A stretch of 64,000 nucleotides of DNA, taken from contig JAQGDQ010000091.1 in assembly GCA_030141605.1 (NCBI GenBank), forward strand, positions 372,001 to 436,000, written 5' to 3'. This DNA comes from Tubiluchus corallicola. Taxonomy: Eukaryota > Animalia > Priapulida. The translations under genes were made by a program, and so were the position numbers. Below are positions 55,680-64,000 of this stretch, piece by piece; positions within the stretch are counted from its first letter, which is position 1; every line of letters starts with the position of its first letter. A model generated the notes under the pieces. That model saw only the letters and a list, made by a program, of their open reading frames with translations. It ran no database searches and was not told the origin of the DNA.

Positions 55680-58289
55680 TTTAATTAAAATGAAAAACAT
55701 TAGATTGTTTTTTCGTAAGCGGAGATAACACTGTATTAACATTGTAGTAGTAGTAGGCCTACTTCCGTTCGTGGGCAGTTCATCTCTATTTATTTTTTCA
55801 CAATATTTCATTACTTCAAATAAAAATTCAAAATTTTGTTTATTCTTTTTTAAAATCTGTTATTGATAAGTGTGGTAGAACAGTGCGAGGTATTTTTCAG
55901 TTAACTATTCAGGAAAATAGTTTTAGTACTCAAGACTAATGTTGTAAGAAATTTATGACTATTATGATGGAAGTTTTCGGCGGCTCTCCCAATTTCTGAT
56001 CTGATTTCAAAAATTCCTTTTACACAATTTTTAATTAATAAAAAAATGCACTAAACATAACTAGGTTACCTGTGCCGATTTCACAACTGTACATATGCAA
56101 AATTAAACTGCTTCATCTCTTAAAGAAGTATGTTAGGTTCAGATAATCTCAAGACTGTAATAAGCAACATACAGAAATTAAACTAATTAATAAAAATAAA
56201 AATTGTTAGGTAGAGCAGCGTTTATTTGTCACATTCAAAATAAAAGATCAAGCTAGGACAGTAGTACGTCTGATAGGGCACGAAAATAAGGCGGAATCAC
56301 GGATGTTTGATTAGTGAATGGATTGATGACCGTCAGATTCTATACTCGCTTGAGGAGTTCCGTTCGCAATGCTGGGTTGTTTAAATCGTACAGGAATTCA
56401 TCTGCGCCGATTCATGTCCCGATTCGCAACCATCTACATTAGGCATGCCTTATCACTCAGTAGTGTTACATTTCGATTTGCACGGTGCTGAATTGCAATA
56501 AGAAACCACTGTAATCAGAAGAGTGTATTACATAAAAACACCGTTAATAATTAGTACAGTTTTTAGTAAAGGGTTTTCGCAATTAACCTTCGCAAGCTAA
56601 GTGCAGTTGGGTAATTTTGCCAGGATACTGGGTCACAATAGAGCCGACGGATTATAAGTTCCGGGTCATGGTATTCTAATTTCCGGATTTGAATTGCAAA
56701 TTAAATGCACAAAGCTAACTCTTCATTTTTCTCGCTTGTACTGTTCGCTAGTGTTTCTATTACATATAAAAACAGTAATACCTTCCTAAGTTTTCTGGAA
56801 ATGAAAGAAGAATAAAAATTTACTAAAATAGATTACATATCAATGAACAATGATTATGACATGCGACAAGCCAGTTTTTTCTGCCTTAATTTTTCTACAA
56901 TTTTTTAAATTAAGCCTATAGTTTGACGGTATATGTACTTGTATAATTTGTCTGCAACAACGTTATAAATTTTATGACACAACAACATGATGTGCGTGAT
57001 TAATTTCGACGTGACTAGCAGCAGTTAGAACATTTTTGCAAACATTTCAAGTTGAGTTGGTGCTTACTCCACCTTTTTGTAGACTTTACCAGCCGGCTTC
57101 TGACATCTGGCAAACAACAAAGTGATGCATGGTTTGTTTGAGGACCAGTTTAGTTTCGGCAGGTTATATAGTCACCAGTTACCAAAAGCAAAATAAGGGC
57201 AAATAGCTGGAATAATCAAAACTCAGCTTTCTAGTTTACAGCCACTTTGCTTCTCTAAAACTTGGTGGCATCTTGTACTTACATATTCGAATGTCCATTC
57301 TTATCTGTTGCGTACAGTTTTTCATACACAAATATACTACACATACAGGTACAAACATATTGAACATAGTAAACACCAAAAAGCACATAAAAATAATTCT
57401 TCCATGTGATTAATAATTCAATGTGATTTCGGCTAATTTTAGTTAGGCTTATATCTTAGCAAATTTAATAATATCAACTATTCAAGATAACGTTTTAATT
57501 CTACTCTTAAAATTTTTATTTTTTTGTATCGTAGCAAGTTTTAGTTCTGGTGAACAAGTAATAAATCTGTAGCTTGTTTTCACTTGAATCAGTGTAATAT
57601 TATAATACTGAAATTACTTTTCAAACGAAGTGTAGCTCAATCGAAAACGACAATTCTACTACCGAAATGTCTTGTTTTTTTAGAATAAATTAATTACAGT
57701 ACTGCAATAAGAAGCAAAACTAAAAGAAATAATTCTTTAGACAACCACATCTAACCAGAAATCTAATCACATGTGATATCTAGCTACGTAATTATAAGTA
57801 ACAAATAATTTTGAATGACTTCTAAGTTGTGAAGGTTTTGTGCTGTAAGCAGGCCTGTATATTGTATTTTATTTACAAGCGTGGGCTAGCTAAATGTAAA
57901 TCAAAGACGAACTACCTTTGTTATAATTACTTACTGCAAACTTACTACTACTAGAATAGTGCCCACAACTGTATTTACATTTTGTGTCATAAATTAAATT
58001 TGCAGAGTGCTGGTTGGTCCGCGAATGTTGTAATTGGAGGCGGCGCACCCGCAGTACTCTCGATGTATGGCTTTTCTCACGTACCACGCACCCCTTTAAA
58101 AGCGCGTGTGTTCAAAGAAGCAGCTATAATTGCAGTTAACTAATGTGTAGTTCATGAAGTTAATGTGTAGTTAATAAAGCAGTGGATTATATATATATTT
58201 CCTGATCAGAAAATAAAGTTTTGGTGACAAATGTTTAAAAGATCTTGAGTGATAATTTCAAAAATGTTCAGTGCAAAAGTAAGGCAACA

Positions 58290-58366
58290 ATGCACTGGTC
58301 GGTTGTATTAAAGTTTGTGAGCTTCTTGATCGTCTTATTTACTCCGAACGCGAGTGCGTTCTTTGG
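58290..58366 (+). CDS. Wnt9: Wnt9, coding exon 1 (signal peptide)
   Basis: MHWSVVLKFVSFLIVLFTPNASAFFG, ending like Wnt9 AYFG; donor GG|GTAAG (phase 2) is in frame with the next exon. Confidence 0.8.
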
Positions 58367-61300
58367 GTAAGACTTAATTAGTGTTATTTCACCCGTTCTT
58401 TTGCACTTTCAGATTTCTTTCTTGTGAAAAAGTGTGCAACTCACTTTTGTAGCAGTAAGTTGCCCAACTTTTTTTGTTGGTGTGCTCAATATGTTGCAGT
58501 TAGCTAAAATAGTTTTGACAAAATGCAACCTACCTAAGAGTTCACACTTAGGAAGTACAGTAAGTTATGGACAAAACGCAGGTTATGACACTAGACTTGT
58601 AATTCTATACTCCTGTTTAAATCCAGGCTCAAACTCAGCTATTTACATTCAGTTTCTTTCATTTAATTTAGAATTTTTTAAATTAACAATCGTGGGTTCA
58701 TTCTACTGATTCCGTCATCACTTAATAGCGTTTGGTGGAACCTTGTCCTAAATGAGTGTTTAAATTCCCATTTGATGTAATTAATCACTCATAATTTTTA
58801 CTGTTTAAACAAATTTAATCGTTATATTAGTACTTGTATTTGCAAGGCTGTAACAGCAAAGTATGACGTTACTACTATAAAGCACTATAATCAGTATAGA
58901 TCTGCTATGATTTTTTTTCAAAGCTATTAGTGTAATAGCAATATAGTACTTATACTGCTGTAAAACACTAATGTAGATCTATTAGTCCCAATGCCACTAA
59001 CAGCAACGTTATTTTCTTTGGCGTATTTTGTTTATTTTATAATATTATAGGCGTAGTTGCTGCTATATTGTAAAAATGATGCATTCACCATTAATAAGGC
59101 TTTCCTTGTCATTCATTAAATAACTATTACCTCTCATAGCAAGAGCATACACAAGTAAATTTGAATAGCAATTCGAGCTAAAGATTCCATTTTGTGAATA
59201 ATAATGCGTACTGAGATAAAACAGTAAGTAAATAACATTAAAAACAATACAATAATGGGCATTTATTCAATAGGAACATTTAATAAATTTATTGACCACG
59301 CAACGAACTACTGTCCAATGGTTCATTTTGATGCAGTTGACCACTGCACTAACTCCTGTTACAACTTAAACAGCGCTGTCATGTGTAGGTTTCCCAGTCA
59401 TATAATAGGTGTAAAACCTAAAATGTGTTTACTCTATAAAGTCAGGTATTTATTTATTGTGCATAAGGGCTCGCTAGTAAACAGTGGTCAGTGGAGTCAG
59501 ACGCTTTATTGTTGGGCTATTGAGGACATTTGCTACTTAATTTAATGGTCATGGTATGAGGGACAGTGTAACCATTATAATATCATGGTAAAGGAACAGT
59601 GCAATTGAACTGGTAAAAATGTGTATCAGCTACTTTAACAAAAATATGGGTAATCTAGTAACTTAATTAGTCAAATAAAGAATGTTTAAATAGACTTAAT
59701 CTTTCGGTAGTTTTGAATAAATTGTAAATCTTGTAATTGAAATATAAAATTAAAACTTTTGAATGACATGCAATCTTCTTGGATTTCATTTTTACTTTTT
59801 GATCACAATTCGCTGTTCTCTAAACATAGCTGATGTTAGCCCAATTTTAACTTAGGCCTGCATGCATCTGTCTGACACAACAACATTAACAATAACATAT
59901 TCAACCAACCTTACCAGGTATAATTATATACATTCGTCGGTGTATTTTGGAAGGAACAGATTTATGATGCTTGCATAGCGTAAAATCGACAAAGTTTATC
60001 GTGCAATGAAGATTTATGACACATTAAATTAGAAAAGACTATTTGTTAAGCGAAACATGCAAGATATGAGACCGATTCTGTTATGGAAGTCATAGGCCTG
60101 CTATTCAAAGTCTACTAAATGTATATAAGAAAAGAAAAGTGATTTTGTTATTGACGGAAAAATGTAGAGAATTTATAACTTAATTACACACGCAGGGTTC
60201 TGCGGTCTCAAATTTTACCTTGTTAAATTTGTTGGTTTTACAATTGTGAATAAAATGTTATAAACAGACCACACAAATTAAGACTAATAATTGATCCTAG
60301 AATGCGTAATAAATTCAATGTAATTAAAGCTGAATGCTAAATTTGTCTCGCTTTAATGAGTTAGACGTATACCCAACTGTTACAGGTCGTCTCTACTTGC
60401 ACCGAAATTGAAATCAACAATTGCGTACCTTGGACACGGAACAAAGGATTTAAATCAGCGCATATTTGTATCACGCAAAGTAGAGCCAGTTTTGGAAATT
60501 ATTCAGGGACCAACTTGCGTGCGTAACAGATTTACAATGATTTTAAAACAACATTCTTTTCAGTTCGGCGTGAAGCAGTGTGTCTGACACTCTGTACTAA
60601 ATAACGTCGCAACAGAATAAAACCAAAATAATGCAAGCAACGACAAGATGTCAACATTATCAAAACACTATAAAATAATTGTTGTTAATTGTTGTTTCAA
60701 TATAATTAAAAAGCATAATGTCATATCAACAGCTCGATTCTTCTTTTTGGTCAACGCTATAAAACTTCCTCCTTGTACGGGCTTTCTGAATTGCACCTAT
60801 CCTCTGCAAATCTTTCCTTCTGCCATCGCCAATTCAGCATTTAATCTATTGGTGTATTACTCAGAACCTTCAAAGACCTCCTGGTAGGCTGCCTCTTCAA
60901 ATTAAGTATTTGTGATCTGTCTGTTTGGATATAACACGCTCAATTTAATGTGCTGTAATTGCTTTAATAACGTTTATGAACATTTGATTTTAAAGTTTAA
61001 AATCTTTCAATTATGGTTATGGTAAAATATTAATGCACAATACGAGCTCCTTATTTAATGACGGCTGAACTTTCCTCTCTTAAACATAACAATTTTCCAA
61101 TCCCAATTTAAGAGGGTGTAGCTTCAACTTTGTCCACTACTTAGGTTTGCTGAACCTCTCTTTTTAATGTAAAACGCAATTCCTAGGACATTCAAGAACA
61201 TCTAAGCAAATTAACATACATCAAATATAGACAATAATGTAATAGTTAAGTGTCACTTTGTTCAAGTATGATATGCAATAAGTGCATGTGTAATAATGAC

Positions 61301-61530
61301 ATTCATTAAAAATTACGCCAATATGAACGCTCCAACGGACATTGCTTTCGTTGCAATAAAATTATTCTATTCAACTATTCAACCAATGCGCGATATTAAA
61401 ATAAGTCAGTTTGTTAAGAAAACACAAATGTTTGAATAAAAATGTCGAAATTTCACATGTTGTTCATGGCTGTAATATTAATAGCAATATATTACATATT
61501 CATTTCCAGTTTTATTTATTTCTATCCACG

Positions 61531-61676
<146 letters not shown>

Positions 61677-62547
61677 CTATGATTTTGAACAGAATGATGA
61701 AATGAATTGTCAATTGTATGTGTAATTAAGCAGCAACTACACAACAACAGTGACAACGATAGCAACAGTGAGAGTAGTAACGGCATTGGCAACACCAACA
61801 TTAACAGCAAAAGCAGTTTTTGTCTGACATGCTAATTTCATATACGTAAAAGCCAAGGAAATATAAAGCCTTTCAAATATATAAATGTATAATTATACCT
61901 GAATATATTATGCTACGCATGTTTTCTAATAATCCAATGATAATTAGTATTCATTCATGTACAGCAAGTCTACAGATTCGGTTGATTTCAATTCGTTTTG
62001 TTTTTGCCTTTTTGTTGACATTGATTTACGTCTTTTTGTTGTAACCTTTAACTATAAACAAAATAGAGGAAGCTTTGCCTGGCACGTGGATATGTGAGCA
62101 CCTGTACTTTTCTCATCAAATATACCTGGAAAATATTTTATTGGTTATACATGTGGTGTCAAACCGAATGAGCAAAAACCTGTGCATGTATTTTTGAACT
62201 ATACAGGTACAGCCAAATTGTTTACATCTGCTAATAACAATAATTGACGTTGCTTTACTAATTTACGTAAACGGCGAGATACAAGATTTTTTTCAGTTAA
62301 TTCCGTGCAATTGTGAAAAACCATTTTAAGAAAAATTTTAAGTAAACAAAAACAGCGTGAAAACGTTATAAAAGCTGCCAGAGTAAAGCAATCGCCATGT
62401 ATTTTTATATTCAAAACCAATTCGAAAAGCAGGTGTTTCGAAGTACGTTACGGGTTTTTAGTTGAATGTAACAAACAATATGTAAATTCTTCAAAAAGGA
62501 AAAGTTTTAAGACTAAAGTGTGCCATTATTTTTGAAGCGACTACGGC

Positions 62548-62579
<32 letters not shown>

Positions 62580-62696
62580 CTGGTTGACTGCGCACTGCAG
62601 AGCGGCAAAAACATATTACACAAGCGAGAAGAACTTCGAAGGAGACCTCTTTATAGGTTAATTCGTAGCCGAGTAACCAAATTGTCTTCTTTTCAG

Positions 62697-62986
62697 ATTG
62701 TCGTCGCGACGGTCACTGTCACCTTATTTTAGAGCCACAGATCATTATTATCAGGACACCAGGTACAGCACAAATGAACGCATGACGCGAAAACACATAA
62801 ACGAAAAGCTTTGTGATTCCTTCAAAATTGGACCGAAACAAAGAAAAATGTGTAGAAGAATTACGGGTATGGCGCAAACATTGATGACTTCTGTGAAAGA
62901 GAGCACGCACAATTGCCAACGCAGTTTCAAATACGAGAGGTGGAACTGTTCAACTGGGAAATTTCGAACTAATATTTTAAAAAGAG
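62697..62986 (+). CDS. Wnt9: Wnt9, coding exon 2 (gene continues beyond the window)
   Basis: Acceptor ttcttttcag|A; LCDSFKIGPKQRKMCRRITGMAQTL..NCQRSFKYERWNCSTGKFRTNILKRG; CQxxFxxERWNC is the Wnt motif, and KQRxMCRR and LKRG point to the Wnt9 subfamily; donor G|GTGAA. Confidence 0.92.
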
Positions 62987-63420
62987 GTGAACATTAGCGC
63001 GGCAATAGACATAAGCACGCTATGAATATTATTTATTTATATAATTAATAACTGTCATAACAACATGACTACTTGATTTTATCTTGACTTTCATGAACTA
63101 TCATGCGTAAAGTTACTTCAATACTTTATTCCCAAGCTGAGTCCCAAGTTGTCACCTTGGTAGTTAAAAGTCAAGGTCATTTTTCAAAGATTAATACGGC
63201 GAAATTAATGATAAGCTTCTGGGCTCTTACTTACATATTATAGGCTACAAATTATTATAGCTCTTATAGGCGTCAGTAGGCACTCATAAGGAGTTATTTT
63301 CTGAAATAATCGAGACTTACAATAACAAGTAGCTACAAGGAGCTAAGACAGAGTTAACTGCACAGATGATTGGTGCCAATTAAAAATAAATCAGTGTGAA
63401 ATTGAATATGGACATCTCGT

Positions 63421-63431
63421 TTCTTCTCTCT

Positions 63432-63494
<63 letters not shown>

Positions 63495-63500
63495 GCTCTC
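63421..63500. repeat. (CT)n microsatellite in Wnt9 intron 2
   Basis: Seen directly. Confidence 0.95.
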
Positions 63501-64000
63501 CATTTGTCAGCGACGGGTAACGTATACAAGAGGTGAGTATACTAGCCCTGTTTTATAGCCGCAGCTTGTCAAATTTGCGGAACTGTCTTAGTAATAGCTC
63601 ACTTTTTCGACATGCATGTTACTAGTTACCATGTTGACATCAGCGGGAGACGGGGGAGTACGGCATTTAGAAACGGATCCATAAATTCTTCTTTTTGTTT
63701 ATTTTATGACGTTAACTACATCATTTAGAAAGAGTTCGGAAACAAACAACGCAGGCTTCTCAACATTCGAGCACAAGCAAAGGCTAAGTATGAATGAAGC
63801 TTTTTCACGAGCTAGATACTAAAGTTGTCAATATTTAGAATAAAAGTTATTACATTGGTTATTTATTGCTTTCGCATGAACTCTCATCATGAAGGCAGTA
63901 GCCTTATACTGGCTTCGAGACGCCGCGACGGTGTTCACAAAGTGTCTCTGTGGTGGTGTGAATAGGCCTAATCACAATTATCACTTCCTTCCATACCTTC

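Overview
AT-rich, intron-containing animal genomic DNA (probably a marine invertebrate; an echinoderm-like deuterostome is a guess, not shown). Most ORF-track entries are microsatellite noise. Joining exons by hand at GT-AG sites with consistent phases gives four genes. (1) A complete 5-exon minus-strand gene (25950->20180, 507 aa) for a secreted signal peptide-CBM14-partial LDLa-NodB chitin deacetylase-like protein whose catalytic motifs are degenerate. (2) A complete 5-exon minus-strand ANKRD33B-like ankyrin-repeat gene (48904->39084). (3) A complete 4-exon plus-strand gene (52896-55679, 243 aa) that I cannot assign to a family; it encodes a secreted 10-Cys TSP1-like module plus a basic K/R/Q tail, and the ORF track only catches fragments of it. 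(4) The first two coding exons of a Wnt9 gene (58290->62986), starting about 2.6 kb after gene 3 and running off the window. The rest holds a solo LTR with a 4-bp TSD, L2/CR1-group and RTE-type LINE remnants, tRNA-derived SINE heads, foldback/MITE-like repeats and many compound microsatellites. The best leads are the secreted TSP1/basic-tail protein beside Wnt9 and the probable pseudo-enzyme chitin deacetylase.
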